DNA of 64,000 bases, from assembly GCA_024402665.1 (NCBI GenBank), contig JAKSTI010000010.1, forward strand, positions 494 through 64,493, read 5' to 3'. Within the stretch, counting starts at the first letter, position 1, and each line of letters begins with the position of its first letter. Source of the DNA: Treponema sp. Lineage in GTDB: Bacteria > Spirochaetota > Spirochaetia > Treponematales > Treponemataceae. Shown here one piece after another: positions 19,396 to 29,977 of the stretch. A model generated the notes under the pieces. It saw nothing but the letters and a program-made list of their open reading frames with translations, was not told the DNA's origin and did not search any database. Made by a program: the position numbers and the translations under genes.

Positions 19396-21068
19396 ATTCC
19401 ACTCCAGTCTTCAGGAGCTGCTTTAAGCCCCATTCTTTCAAGAAAGACTTCTGTTACTTCAAGTTCAGAATCTTTAAACAGTTTTCTGGCTTCTTTCCAG
19501 TCACCCTGATAATATGCTGCTAAACCTTCTTCAAACATGTTGTATTTTTCAACAAGTGAGGCATCCATTTCCTGAGTATCAAATGGGAAATAAATCTTCT
19601 TGCCTTCTGTCTTGCCTTTTACCTGCACAGTATCAATTTCAAAGAATTTATATCTGTCAGATTCTTTTTCAACTTCACTTTTAATATATTCAGAAACAAT
19701 TACAGGAAGATGATAAATACGGGTTAATCCTTCAAGGCGGGATGCAGAGTTTACATTATCACCAATTACTGTATTTGCCATATGTTCATTAGAACCGATA
19801 TTTCCATAGAAAACGTTACCACCATCAATACCAACACCAACATCAAGCAATACAGCCTGGAAAACTCTGTCTTCTGATTCAGAAAGAGTTCTGCGTGCTT
19901 CAATTTCTTTACGGCGCTGAATCATTGTTTCTCTAAGGTTTGCAGTTACTCTTGTAATATCCCATGCAGCCTGAATCGCATTGTAAGATTTAGAATTGGC
20001 ACTTTCCATTGTTCCGTAAATTGCAAGAATAGCATCACCAATAATAGATCCAACTACACCATTATTTTCATGAACGTTATGAATTACTCTGTCATAGTGA
20101 ACGTTCAAAACGTCAATAATATCATTACCTAAAGTTTCTGTTCTGTAAGTAAAACTCTTGATATCAGAGAAAAGCATTGTAAGTTCCCGCTGACTTCCTT
20201 CAAGAGCAATTCGCTGGTCTGTATAAGCTTTGTGAACAACGTCTTTTGAAACGAATTTCTGGAAAGTTCCAAGAAGATTGTTTACTGAAGAAGACAGGGA
20301 GTTGAAGGATGCCGCAAGATAAGTAATATCATCATTTGGAGCTTCTGAAAGATCAATCAAACCAAGCTGTTTGTGACGCTGCATTTCATACAAATCATGG
20401 GTAATATCACGAACTGTTTTAAATTCCCGGTTTACAATAAATGAACCAATAACAATAAACACAATTGTAAGGGCAAGAATAATAATTGAAGTATAAAGAT
20501 AAACCCGTCTGTTGTTTTCAGAAAGGTCAGAACGTTTTTCTGCTCTAATTAAGTAGAATCCCCAGTCACTCTGATATTTATAAACACCAATATAATCTTC
20601 ATTGCGGCAGGTAAACAAAACAGAACCTTCTGTAATTCCAGATGCCAGTTTTGAATTCAATTTATTGATTGCATCCATATCGGCAAACATTGTCCATTCT
20701 GTTTTACCGTCTGCACAATTCATAAAACTGATTGAGCCGTCAGTTTTTACGCCAACTGCAACACTGTTCTCGTTTTTAAAACCAGACTCAGCAACTTTTT
20801 TTAAGGAATCCATAGATTCATCTTCACTTTTTGAATAAGTGAAAATCTGATACTGATTGGATGAACTGTTATAAAGTTCCTTCAACTGCTCAACCATAAT
20901 ATCATTGTTCAATTTTAAGGTTTCTTTTTGTGATAACTGAAGTGTGATTACGTTTGTAGCAAAGTTAGATAGCAAAATAAGACAGATAAAAATTACAAGA
21001 ATTTTTAATCCCATAGGGACAATAATCGTCTTTCCAACTTTGGAAAACAATTTGTGCTTGCTGGACAT
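19374..21068 (-). CDS. Membrane-bound class III adenylate/guanylate cyclase
   Basis: Two TM segments, HAMP-like segment, LFSDIKSFT, IGDAIL and TVIGDNVNSASRLEG motifs. Confidence 0.9.
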   Translation of the reverse strand: MSSKHKLFSKVGKTIIVPMGLKILVIFICLILLSNFATNVITLQLSQKETLKLNNDIMVEQLKELYNSSSNQYQIFTYSKSEDESMDSLKKVAESGFKNENSVAVGVKTDGSISFMNCADGKTEWTMFADMDAINKLNSKLASGITEGSVLFTCRNEDYIGVYKYQSDWGFYLIRAEKRSDLSENNRRVYLYTSIIILALTIVFIVIGSFIVNREFKTVRDITHDLYEMQRHKQLGLIDLSEAPNDDITYLAASFNSLSSSVNNLLGTFQKFVSKDVVHKAYTDQRIALEGSQRELTMLFSDIKSFTYRTETLGNDIIDVLNVHYDRVIHNVHENNGVVGSIIGDAILAIYGTMESANSKSYNAIQAAWDITRVTANLRETMIQRRKEIEARRTLSESEDRVFQAVLLDVGVGIDGGNVFYGNIGSNEHMANTVIGDNVNSASRLEGLTRIYHLPVIVSEYIKSEVEKESDRYKFFEIDTVQVKGKTEGKKIYFPFDTQEMDASLVEKYNMFEEGLAAYYQGDWKEARKLFKDSELEVTEVFLERMGLKAAPEDWSGIWTMTTK

Positions 21069-21144
21069 GAGTATCTTCCTCTTTATTGATTTATATTATT
21101 GTAAATCAATTGATAAAATTTCTCAATTTATTTATTCTAATGTC

Positions 21145-22803
21145 ATGGAAAAAAACGAAACAACAACTAAAAAATCTAATTCAATCATAAAGTCAGGCAT
21201 TATCCTTTCACTGATGACTCTTGCTTCAAGAATCATGGGGCTCATAAGAGAAATGACAAAAGCATCTTTTCTTGGAACATCAATGTTTGCAGATGCGTTC
21301 ACAACTTCTTTTATGATTCCAAATCTTCTGCGCAGACTATTTGCAGAAAATGCAGTTTCAGCAGCTTTCATTCCAACATTTAAGGATTACCTTTCTAAAG
21401 GGGATTCTGATGAAAATAAAAAAAGCACACAGGAGTTTCTTTCTGCCACATTCACTCTTGTTTCTTTTTTAACAGCAGTTGTAGTTTTAATAGGTATTTT
21501 AATCACACCTTTACTTACACCTTTATTCTGTGACGCTCCGGCAGCAGGTGTTGAAAATTTCCAGCAGCTTTTTGAACTTTACACATTAAAATCTCAGGAA
21601 ATCACAATTCTTACAAGAATCATGTTCCCATACCTGTTCCTTATTTCAATTGCGGCACTTTTCCAGGGAATTTTAAACGGATGTAAGATTTTTGCACCTT
21701 CCGGATTCACACCAGTTCTTTTTAATCTGATTATTATTATTGCAACTTACGTTCTTTCTCCATACACAGCAAATCCTGCAAGAGCCATGTCTATTGGTGT
21801 TTTAATTGGCGGTGCAGTTCAGGTTTTCTTCCAGTGGCCATTTATCAGAAAAACAGGATGGAAAACAACTTTCACAACTCTTAGAAAAACTTTTACAAAC
21901 CCTGGTACAAGAAAAGTAATGGCTTTGATTGCCCCTACTATTATTGGTATGGCTGCATATCAGCTTAATGATATTGTTTCTACTGCGCTTGCCAACAGAA
22001 CAGGCCTTGGTATTGCTTCAAGTTTGCAGTACTCACTCAGATTGCAGGAACTTATTCTTGGTATTTTTGCAGTATCAATTGGTACAGTAATTCTTCCTGA
22101 TCTTTCCGGTCTTGCTAACGAAAGAAAATGGAATGAATTTAATCAGATGCTTCTTCAGGCAATCAAAATCATGACATTAATCTCTGTTCCAGTTACATTC
22201 TACTCACTTGTAAACGGCAAAGAACTTATTACCCTGCTTTATAAATCAAAGAGTTTTGATGAAGCTTCCGTCCTGCTTACTTTAGGTGAATTCCGCTATC
22301 ATATGATTGGACTTTTGTTTATAGCCTTAAACAGAGTTATTGCTCCAGCGTTCTATGCACAGAAAAAACCTAAACTTGCAACATACGCGGGAATCACATG
22401 TTTTGCTTCAAACATTCTTTTTGCTTTCATTCTTGTTGCGCCTATGCAGGGAAACGGGATTGCACTTGCACTTACAATAGCCAGCGGAATCAACACAATA
22501 TTCCTGTTCATCTTTATGAAAAAAATGGACGGAATGAACGGGTCAGAAATCTTTAAACTTGTAAAAGGAACACTTGTTTATATTATAAAACTCGTAATCC
22601 TTTCTGTAATTGCAGCAGTTCCTTGTTACTTCCTGCGCCCGGTTCTCTTAGACTTATTCCAGGACTATTCAAAAATTGTTTCACAGGGATTACCTTTACT
22701 TATTTCCGTTGTGATTTTTGCATTCATTGGTGTAGCAGAATTAATCATTACAAAAGATGAAGTTGTAGCTATTATTTTAAGAAAATTTTTAAAGAGAAAA
22801 TAA
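21145..22803 (+). CDS. murJ: Lipid II flippase MurJ (MviN)
   Basis: SRIMGLIRE, IPNLLRRLFAE and AFIP motifs, many TM segments. True start likely ATG 21145. Confidence 0.92.
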   Translation: MEKNETTTKKSNSIIKSGIILSLMTLASRIMGLIREMTKASFLGTSMFADAFTTSFMIPNLLRRLFAENAVSAAFIPTFKDYLSKGDSDENKKSTQEFLSATFTLVSFLTAVVVLIGILITPLLTPLFCDAPAAGVENFQQLFELYTLKSQEITILTRIMFPYLFLISIAALFQGILNGCKIFAPSGFTPVLFNLIIIIATYVLSPYTANPARAMSIGVLIGGAVQVFFQWPFIRKTGWKTTFTTLRKTFTNPGTRKVMALIAPTIIGMAAYQLNDIVSTALANRTGLGIASSLQYSLRLQELILGIFAVSIGTVILPDLSGLANERKWNEFNQMLLQAIKIMTLISVPVTFYSLVNGKELITLLYKSKSFDEASVLLTLGEFRYHMIGLLFIALNRVIAPAFYAQKKPKLATYAGITCFASNILFAFILVAPMQGNGIALALTIASGINTIFLFIFMKKMDGMNGSEIFKLVKGTLVYIIKLVILSVIAAVPCYFLRPVLLDLFQDYSKIVSQGLPLLISVVIFAFIGVAELIITKDEVVAIILRKFLKRK

Positions 22804-22807
22804 AACT

Positions 22808-23998
22808 ATGAAAGATACAAAAGAAAAATCAAATACAATTAAATCTGTGAAAGATTATTCAGAAAAAGATTTGCAGGTTTTATACGCAAACAGACGTGCT
22901 TTTTTTGCACAGAAACTTCTTGAAAACGAAATAGGCTCTGTTGTTTTTATTGACAGCGAAGAACACAGAGATCCTTCAATCAGATATTTTACTGGTCACA
23001 CTTCTGATGCAGTTTTGATTATTTTTTCAGATTCATTTTCTGTACTTATTCCATGGGATGAAATCCTTGCTAAAAAAATTGCCAGCTGCGATAAAGTGAT
23101 TCCTTATACCCGTTATAAAAACAATCATATTGATGCAGTAAAAGCTGTTCTTAATATGTGCAACACTCACGGCTGCAACACTAAAGTTGAAATGCCTCCA
23201 TATCTTACATATCCAGATTACCTTCACTTCATTGAGTCTTTAACCAACTACGACTGTCGCTGTAAGGAAAATGGATTACATACTCTGGTAGAAAAGCTTC
23301 GTATGCAGAAAGATGAATATGAAATCAGCTGTATTATGGAAGCCGCAAGAATTGGTGATTTGATTATTGATGAAATTGAAAAACAGATTAAATCAAATAC
23401 AATTAAGACAGAAACTGATGTTGCCCTGCTTATTGAAAAAGAATGCAGAAAACATGGGTGCGAAGGAACTGGTTTTGATACATTAGCAGCCGGCCCTTCA
23501 AGAAGTTTTGCAATTCATGCTTTCCCTAATTATACAGATGCTTTATGGCCTGATACAGGACTTTCTATTCTTGATTTTGGAGTTGTTGTTAATGGCTACA
23601 CAAGTGATACAACTGTAACTGTTGCAAAAGGCCCTCTTTCTGAAGAACAGGAAAAACAGCTGGCACTTGTAGAAAAAGCATACAACGAATGTTTAAAATT
23701 ATACACAACAGAACATTCAATTGCAGATGCAGCAAAAAAAGCAGAAAATATTTTTGCCGCAGAAAAACGAAAGATGCCACATACACTTGGTCATGCAATT
23801 GGGCTTGAAATTCACGAAAAACCAAGAGTAAGTTCAAAAACTGATCCTAAAATGAAGTTTCTTCCAAATATGGTTTTAACACTGGAACCAGGACTTTACA
23901 GCGAAGAACTTGGCGGCGTGCGACTTGAAAATGATGTTCTTATAAAAGAAAACGGGAATCAGGTTTTAACTAATTCCCGTATTATCAGAATAGATTAA
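22808..23998 (+). CDS. Xaa-Pro peptidase family (M24) protein
   Basis: DFG, YTSD, GHAIGLEIHE, LEPG and GVRLEN metal-binding motifs. Confidence 0.88.
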   Translation: MKDTKEKSNTIKSVKDYSEKDLQVLYANRRAFFAQKLLENEIGSVVFIDSEEHRDPSIRYFTGHTSDAVLIIFSDSFSVLIPWDEILAKKIASCDKVIPYTRYKNNHIDAVKAVLNMCNTHGCNTKVEMPPYLTYPDYLHFIESLTNYDCRCKENGLHTLVEKLRMQKDEYEISCIMEAARIGDLIIDEIEKQIKSNTIKTETDVALLIEKECRKHGCEGTGFDTLAAGPSRSFAIHAFPNYTDALWPDTGLSILDFGVVVNGYTSDTTVTVAKGPLSEEQEKQLALVEKAYNECLKLYTTEHSIADAAKKAENIFAAEKRKMPHTLGHAIGLEIHEKPRVSSKTDPKMKFLPNMVLTLEPGLYSEELGGVRLENDVLIKENGNQVLTNSRIIRID

Positions 23999-26900
23999 AA
24001 AATCGCAGATTTATTATCTTCCAGCTGGATTTTCTCAAGAATTGTATCTGCACTGTCTCTAAGGGCTTTTGCAAGATTCTGATCTTCTAGTCCCAGTGCA
24101 AGAGATTTCATAATTTCAAGAACTTCTGTTATAAGAGCGTTGCTTGGTATTTCTGAATCTTCTTCTGAAAGAAGCTGGAAATCTTCACCTAAAGTTCCAG
24201 ATTTTATTAATGAAAGAACTGTCTTTAATAAACCTGGTTTTCCAGACATTTTAGCAATGATGAATTCAAGCTGCATTCTGATTTTTCCAGATTCAAAGGC
24301 TTCTTTTTCAGGACCTTCAAGGAAATCTTTGAAAGAAAGAAGTTTTTTGAACAAATCAATTTCATTTTCATTTGCAGAGGCAACTTCTTCGTCAGCAAGA
24401 ATCTTTTCAAGTTTAGGAAGAAGATTTTCTGCACTAAGCACATTTGCTGCTTCACTGGCAGGAGTTTCTTCTTCTACATAAATATCATCTGCAGCTTCCT
24501 GTGGTTCAAGAATTGTATCTACTGTGTCAAAAGCATCTGCAGGTGCATCTTCAACAAAAGAATCATCTGCGACAGGTACATCTTCAACAAAAGAATCCTC
24601 AACAACAGGAGTTTCTTCAACAGCAGCAACGTCTTCAATAGCTGGTGCTTCTTCAATAGCTGGTGCTTCTTCAACAACTGGAGTTTCATCAACAACAGGC
24701 TGCTCTGCAACAGGTTCATCAATAACAGGAGCTCCAACTACTTCTTCAGCAGCTTTCTGTTCCGCCTGAGCATTCATTACTGTATCAACCGCAAATTTTG
24801 TTGAATCCTTAATTGCATCCTGCACACTATTCTGCATCTGTCGTGCAAATCTATCTAAATCGTAAGAAGTAATTCCCTGTGCATTCTGTGGCTGATAAAT
24901 TGGCTGTGGTTCATAAGGACGATTCTGTGGTGCCTGATATTGTGGAGCCTGATACTGCTGTGGCTGACTCTGAGGCTGAGGTTCATAAGGCTGCTGTGTC
25001 TGTGGCTCATTCTGGTACTGAGGTTGTGGCTGAGACTGCATCTGTGACTGTGGCTGAGCAAGACTGTCATTAAAGTCTGAATCAAAACCATTGTCAGATC
25101 CAAAACCGTTATCCGATCCAAAACCATTATTATTACCGCTGTTATTTCCAGAATTTCCGTTGTTACTACCATTACCGTAATCAGAAACAGGTTCTGGCTC
25201 AGGTTCCGCAACAGAACTTGAATCATCTGCAAACTGATCAAAATCAAAAGCATCTTCTGCAAAATCTTCAAGGAAAGATGGAGAACCGTCTTCTTTTTCT
25301 GCAAAAGGATTTGGTTCATCACCAGAGAAATCTGCACCAGGAACAAGCTGTTCTGCTTCAGATAAAGGTTCTTCTTCAAAATCATCAAAAGGAGAAAGAC
25401 TGTCATCTGCAATTCCGGCAAAAGGATCTGAATCATCAGCATCGAAATTGCCAGTGCCATCTCCGGTTCCAGAAGCATTTTCAGCATCGCCAAAACTATC
25501 TTCACCGCTGCCAAAACTGTCCTGAGCATCACCAGAATTATCTTCACCGCTACCAGAATTTCCAGCAGCATCTTTTTCTTTATCACCATACCCATCAGAA
25601 GCAGGCATTTCATAAGGAACAGCAGCAGGTTTTTCTGCAGATTCACTTTCATCTGCATCAACAAAATCAGGAGAATCAGGTTCTTCATCAATACCGTCAT
25701 CTTCTGTAGCTTTATCTAAATCATCAAAGAAGTCATTTTCTTTTTCAAGCAAAGCTTCGCCCATTGGAACGTTATCGCCCATTGTGCCAAAATCAAATTC
25801 GTCAGCAGCCTCTTCTTCTTCCTGAACTGGCGCTGTCTGTGGAGCAACAATTTCATCAGTCTGAGGTTCTGCAACAACGTTTTCCTTAGGTTCTTCAACA
25901 GGAGTAATCTGACTCTGAAGTTTCTGAATTTCTTTATCTGCAAGCACATTTGGCTTTTTCAAATTGCGGCTCTTAGAATAAGAATCAATTGCTTCTTCAA
26001 TTTTGCCTTCTTTTTTATAAATATTAGCAAGAGCATTGTAGCCGTCCGGATTTCTTGAATCTTTTGCAATAAATTCCTTTGCTTTTTCTACAGCAATATC
26101 ATTTTTTCCAATCTGAGAATAACGTTCTGCGGCAGAAAGCAAATGTTTTTTATACTGATGACTAAGTTTCTTAATATCATCGAATTTTTTTTCTGCATTT
26201 TCATCATCTTCAACACAAATATAATACTGACCGTACAAATCAAGAACCTGTGGATCAGATTCTCCATTATCTTCGTAAAGATTCTGAACATTAGAGTGAG
26301 CTTCTTCAAATTCTTCTGCTGAAAGTAAAGTATGAACATACTGTTTCTGAATATCTTTATTTTCAGGAGCAAGTTCATGAGCCTTTGAAACAGCATCAAG
26401 TGCTTCAAAATGTTTTTCTGATTTTTCAAGAGACTGTGCAAGACCAGAAAGAACATCAACATCATAATTGTCTACAAGGCTGGCACGTCTGAAAGTTTTT
26501 TCTGCAGAATCATAATCAAACTGATCAAGGTAAATATTACCAAGCATGCACAAAAGATTAACATCATTTGGATGAAGCTGAATTGAATTCTGAACTAAAT
26601 CTGCAGCTTCCTGTGTATGCTGACACTTAATCAACAAAGCACTAAAATCTTTTATTGCTTCAATCCAGCCCGGTTTACTTTTCAAAGCAGTTTCATAGCA
26701 TCTGATTGCATCAGTATACATTTTTGCTTCGTTATAACATGTGGCAAGATTATAATTCAAAATAGGATGATTTCTGTCTATCTGAAGACCACGTTTAAAT
26801 GAATTGATTGCTTTCTGATACTCTTTTTCTGCAAGATAAATTGTACCCATGTGATTGTGGGCAAGAACATCTGTTGGATTTTCATGAATTACAACTTCAA

Positions 26901-27309
26901 AAGCTTCAATTGCATCATCATAATTCTTCATTTCTTTATAAGTAAAACCAAGGTTGTAGTTTACGCTTGTACTCTGGCGGCCTTCATCAAGAGCTCTCTG
27001 CAAAATATTAATAGATTCGTCATAACGTTTTAAACGACGATAGATGGCTCCAAGACTGTTCATTGCATCAACGTAATGAGGATAGAAGGTGATAATCTGT
27101 TCATAATATGGGATGGCTTTTTCATCTTCTCCACTCTTTACATAAATCAATCCAAGTTCATTAAGATAATCAACATTGGAAGGTTCATCAGCCAGAAGCT
27201 GTTTATATAATCTTGCGGCAGTAACATAATCATGAGAAATTAATGCTGCTTTTGCACGATTAAGAATCAGATTTTTTTCATTAACATTGCTAACGTATTT
27301 TTCAGCCAT
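23995..27309 (-). CDS. Large TPR protein with acidic low-complexity central region
   Basis: Long run of N-terminal TPRs, then D/E/G/Q/P-rich disordered repeats and a helical C-terminal domain. Confidence 0.85.
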   Translation of the reverse strand: MAEKYVSNVNEKNLILNRAKAALISHDYVTAARLYKQLLADEPSNVDYLNELGLIYVKSGEDEKAIPYYEQIITFYPHYVDAMNSLGAIYRRLKRYDESINILQRALDEGRQSTSVNYNLGFTYKEMKNYDDAIEAFEVVIHENPTDVLAHNHMGTIYLAEKEYQKAINSFKRGLQIDRNHPILNYNLATCYNEAKMYTDAIRCYETALKSKPGWIEAIKDFSALLIKCQHTQEAADLVQNSIQLHPNDVNLLCMLGNIYLDQFDYDSAEKTFRRASLVDNYDVDVLSGLAQSLEKSEKHFEALDAVSKAHELAPENKDIQKQYVHTLLSAEEFEEAHSNVQNLYEDNGESDPQVLDLYGQYYICVEDDENAEKKFDDIKKLSHQYKKHLLSAAERYSQIGKNDIAVEKAKEFIAKDSRNPDGYNALANIYKKEGKIEEAIDSYSKSRNLKKPNVLADKEIQKLQSQITPVEEPKENVVAEPQTDEIVAPQTAPVQEEEEAADEFDFGTMGDNVPMGEALLEKENDFFDDLDKATEDDGIDEEPDSPDFVDADESESAEKPAAVPYEMPASDGYGDKEKDAAGNSGSGEDNSGDAQDSFGSGEDSFGDAENASGTGDGTGNFDADDSDPFAGIADDSLSPFDDFEEEPLSEAEQLVPGADFSGDEPNPFAEKEDGSPSFLEDFAEDAFDFDQFADDSSSVAEPEPEPVSDYGNGSNNGNSGNNSGNNNGFGSDNGFGSDNGFDSDFNDSLAQPQSQMQSQPQPQYQNEPQTQQPYEPQPQSQPQQYQAPQYQAPQNRPYEPQPIYQPQNAQGITSYDLDRFARQMQNSVQDAIKDSTKFAVDTVMNAQAEQKAAEEVVGAPVIDEPVAEQPVVDETPVVEEAPAIEEAPAIEDVAAVEETPVVEDSFVEDVPVADDSFVEDAPADAFDTVDTILEPQEAADDIYVEEETPASEAANVLSAENLLPKLEKILADEEVASANENEIDLFKKLLSFKDFLEGPEKEAFESGKIRMQLEFIIAKMSGKPGLLKTVLSLIKSGTLGEDFQLLSEEDSEIPSNALITEVLEIMKSLALGLEDQNLAKALRDSADTILEKIQLEDNKSAIF

Positions 27310-27321
27310 CCTAAGCCCACC

Positions 27322-28836
27322 TTAATTTAATCTGGAGAGAGGTCTTGCAAAAACCTCTTTTGACAACGGTCCTACAATTCTATCATCAAGTGATGACCAG
27401 GTTGCAATTGCAAAATAATAGATCTTGCCGTTTTCCAAACCAGTTAATGTATAAGTTGTTGTATTTCCAACTTTTATTGGCGATTCTCCCTGAACTGCAA
27501 CTCGTCCAAGATATTCACCAGGTCTTGTTCCATAATAAATATAATATCCTCCGGCGGTATTATCAACCGAATAACTCCAGCTTAAAGTTACACTGCCATT
27601 TCCTGCTGCTGCTTTTACTGTAAATGGTGGTAAAGGCAAAGGAAGCTCTTCAAAATCTAAAGTGATTTGAGTAAGAGTTGGTGTAACAGAGCCTTCTCCA
27701 TCAGGGTAAATATCACAGGCAAGCTGGAAATACATTCCAGAGATATTTTTTAAATCTTCTCCGCTTGTAACAGGCTTCCATTCTGGATAAGTAGAAGTCC
27801 AGTTGAAATAATTGTCTCCGGAACGAACAAAGAAACTTACTTCTGTTTGTGAAGGGACATTCATTTCTGCTTCAAGTTTGCTTAATCTTGATCCTGTAGA
27901 AACAACAATTGGTTTTGTTACAAAACGACCGCCATTTGGTCTGTAAAGCATACGTCCTGTTTTTCCTGCAACTTCTGCTGACTGATAATCTGGTGGTGAA
28001 TAAGGACGACGCAAAATTCTGATATCATCAATTTTTCCAGTATATTCTGTACAGAAATCAACATTTGCAGGGGTTCCTAAAAGAGCAAGGTAAACAGCGC
28101 CAGTTTCTTTTCCGTTTGTTGTTACATATTTAATGTCTTCTGTAATTCCGTTAACAAGATATTCAAGAATTCCAGATTCGCAGTCGTAAGAAAGTGCATG
28201 ATATGTCCATGAATCAGGAATAATTTTTGTACTTCCCTTCAAAACGATTTCTGAATCTCCATAAGGATTGCTGAATTCATCAAAGAAATTAGAAAGAGTC
28301 CATTCAACTCTGCCATTATTAAAAGTACAGTTCAAAAGCTGATAGATAAGTCTGCCAGATACATTTTTTGAAGTTTCCCAATGAAGGATGATTTCGCCGT
28401 TTTCTACAATCGATGGAGAAAGCCAGAATTCAATTGAAAAAGAACCCATTACTCCCTGAGAACCAAAGAAAGTACCAGGTTTTCCGTGAATGCTCATTCC
28501 ACCAGTATTGCGACTTAAGCCGGCGCCTTTTGCCATAATGCTTTTGTCTGAAATTTTTAAGTTGTTTTTTACAATTTCGTAATCGCCGGCTGCAATAGGA
28601 TTTGCAGGATTTTCAAAATTGATTAATAAGTCAGTTTCTTCGTCATAAGTAAAAGAGTTTGTTGCAAGCTGAATACAATCGTAACCAAAACGTCCCTTTC
28701 CTTTTGTGATATTTTCTTTTGTCTGGAATTCAGGCCAGCCAGCTTTACCACCCAAAGTTATTTCTTTTGCATACAAAGAAAAAGGAAGTGAAAAAATAAA
28801 CAACGATAATAATGATTTTACAAAAGTTCTTTTCAT
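27322..28836 (-). CDS. Exported LamG/concanavalin-like + fibronectin type III protein
   Basis: Signal peptide, SFSIEFW...GKIDDIRI (LamG), C-terminal VTLSW...GYYIYYG...LTGLENGKIYYF (Fn3). Confidence 0.8.
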   Translation of the reverse strand: MKRTFVKSLLSLFIFSLPFSLYAKEITLGGKAGWPEFQTKENITKGKGRFGYDCIQLATNSFTYDEETDLLINFENPANPIAAGDYEIVKNNLKISDKSIMAKGAGLSRNTGGMSIHGKPGTFFGSQGVMGSFSIEFWLSPSIVENGEIILHWETSKNVSGRLIYQLLNCTFNNGRVEWTLSNFFDEFSNPYGDSEIVLKGSTKIIPDSWTYHALSYDCESGILEYLVNGITEDIKYVTTNGKETGAVYLALLGTPANVDFCTEYTGKIDDIRILRRPYSPPDYQSAEVAGKTGRMLYRPNGGRFVTKPIVVSTGSRLSKLEAEMNVPSQTEVSFFVRSGDNYFNWTSTYPEWKPVTSGEDLKNISGMYFQLACDIYPDGEGSVTPTLTQITLDFEELPLPLPPFTVKAAAGNGSVTLSWSYSVDNTAGGYYIYYGTRPGEYLGRVAVQGESPIKVGNTTTYTLTGLENGKIYYFAIATWSSLDDRIVGPLSKEVFARPLSRLN

Positions 28837-28977
28837 AAAAATATAAAGGTCCTCTATCTATGTTTTCGGAATAAAAGAACCTTCCCTTTAGATTAACCTA
28901 TTATATCACACATTTTATCACATAAATATACAATTTTTTAGTTGATTTTTACAACATTCTGAACTTATAATATAAGA

Positions 28978-29739
28978 ATGGAAAAAAGAAGATTGTTTAA
29001 TCCGGGGAGGGTTGTATCAATCGTAGCTTCTGTTTTGTTAACAGTAGCATTTGTATCCAGTTTGTTTCTGAATGGAGATCCATTATCTATCATTCCTCAC
29101 ACTGAAATTGTAATTCCGATTATTCATGCAATTTCTCTGGTTCTGGCTCTTTTCTGTATTATCAAACCCGAATTCAAGATTCAGTTCGCTATTATGCAGC
29201 TTGAAAGTGTTCTCACAATTGTTACAAATTATGAACACTTAGGTATTTTCTTTTTCTGGAGTTCTGTGTTCCTTCTTACAGTATTGGAATATCCAAATAA
29301 AAAAAATTCACGCCTGCTTTTTATCTCTTTGTTCTTCCACGGGCTTTCACTCATAGGTGTATATCCACACGGAATTGAAAAAACAATTATTGCTGCAGTA
29401 AGTTCTGTTTTCTACGGTTCAATTTTCTTCTGGATTTACGAAGTATTAAAAATCAGATTCAGCTGCTTTACACCTGCTAAAGTAAGCGAAAACTCAACTA
29501 TTTCTAAATTGCCCAAAGGGGCTGTACTTAATCTTTCTGATTACAAACTTTCTGAACGTCAGATAAATTTTGTTCTGGATAACATCACAAATAATCTTTC
29601 TCTTAAAGATTTAAGCGAAAAATACTATGTAAGCATTTCAACTGTAAAAAAAGAATTCCGTGAAATGTATCAGATTTTTGGCGTTACAAAACTTGAAGAA
29701 CTTCATCTGCTTTTAATGCAGTATCAAATCAAAAAATAA
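28978..29739 (+). CDS. Membrane-integral protein with C-terminal LuxR-type HTH (one-component regulator)
   Basis: Several TM segments, then LSERQ...SLKDLSEKYYVSISTVKKEFREMYQIFGV. Confidence 0.7.
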   Translation: MEKRRLFNPGRVVSIVASVLLTVAFVSSLFLNGDPLSIIPHTEIVIPIIHAISLVLALFCIIKPEFKIQFAIMQLESVLTIVTNYEHLGIFFFWSSVFLLTVLEYPNKKNSRLLFISLFFHGLSLIGVYPHGIEKTIIAAVSSVFYGSIFFWIYEVLKIRFSCFTPAKVSENSTISKLPKGAVLNLSDYKLSERQINFVLDNITNNLSLKDLSEKYYVSISTVKKEFREMYQIFGVTKLEELHLLLMQYQIKK

Positions 29740-29855
29740 AAAAAAGACCTTCCCCGAGGAACCACTCTCAGGAAAGGTCTGAACTAAAAAAAAAGAAAAA
29801 AAAACTCTCTCTTGCACTTTTATTTAAGAAGGACAAAACTTAGCAGTTTTTTATG
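29735..29855 (-). ncRNA. Candidate small RNA
   Basis: Minus-strand TTGAAA-17-TAGTAT promoter (29862-29890), strand-specific terminator at 29745-29780, no ATG-initiated ORF between them. Confidence 0.45.
29738..29780 (-). terminator. Intrinsic terminator (minus strand)
   Basis: AGACCUUUCCUGAG-loop-CUCGGGGAAGGUCU followed by a U run; fully paired only on the minus strand (G-U wobbles). Confidence 0.75.
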
Positions 29856-29977
29856 ACTCAAATACTATTTATTTTTCACAATTATTTCAATTAACTAAAT
29901 GCAGAAATAACCAAGGTTACCAAAAAAATAACCAAAGATATTGAATGATTTACTTATTTACTACAAAATATTAACAA

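Noticed and set aside
20944-21144. N-terminal extension of MurJ in the ORF track
   Set aside because: It overlaps the divergent cyclase gene; MurJ similarity begins after ATG 21145.
24855-25709. Long alternative-frame ORFs (281 aa minus, 163 aa plus) inside the TPR gene
   Set aside because: Shadow frames produced by low-complexity, codon-biased sequence, with no recognisable motifs.
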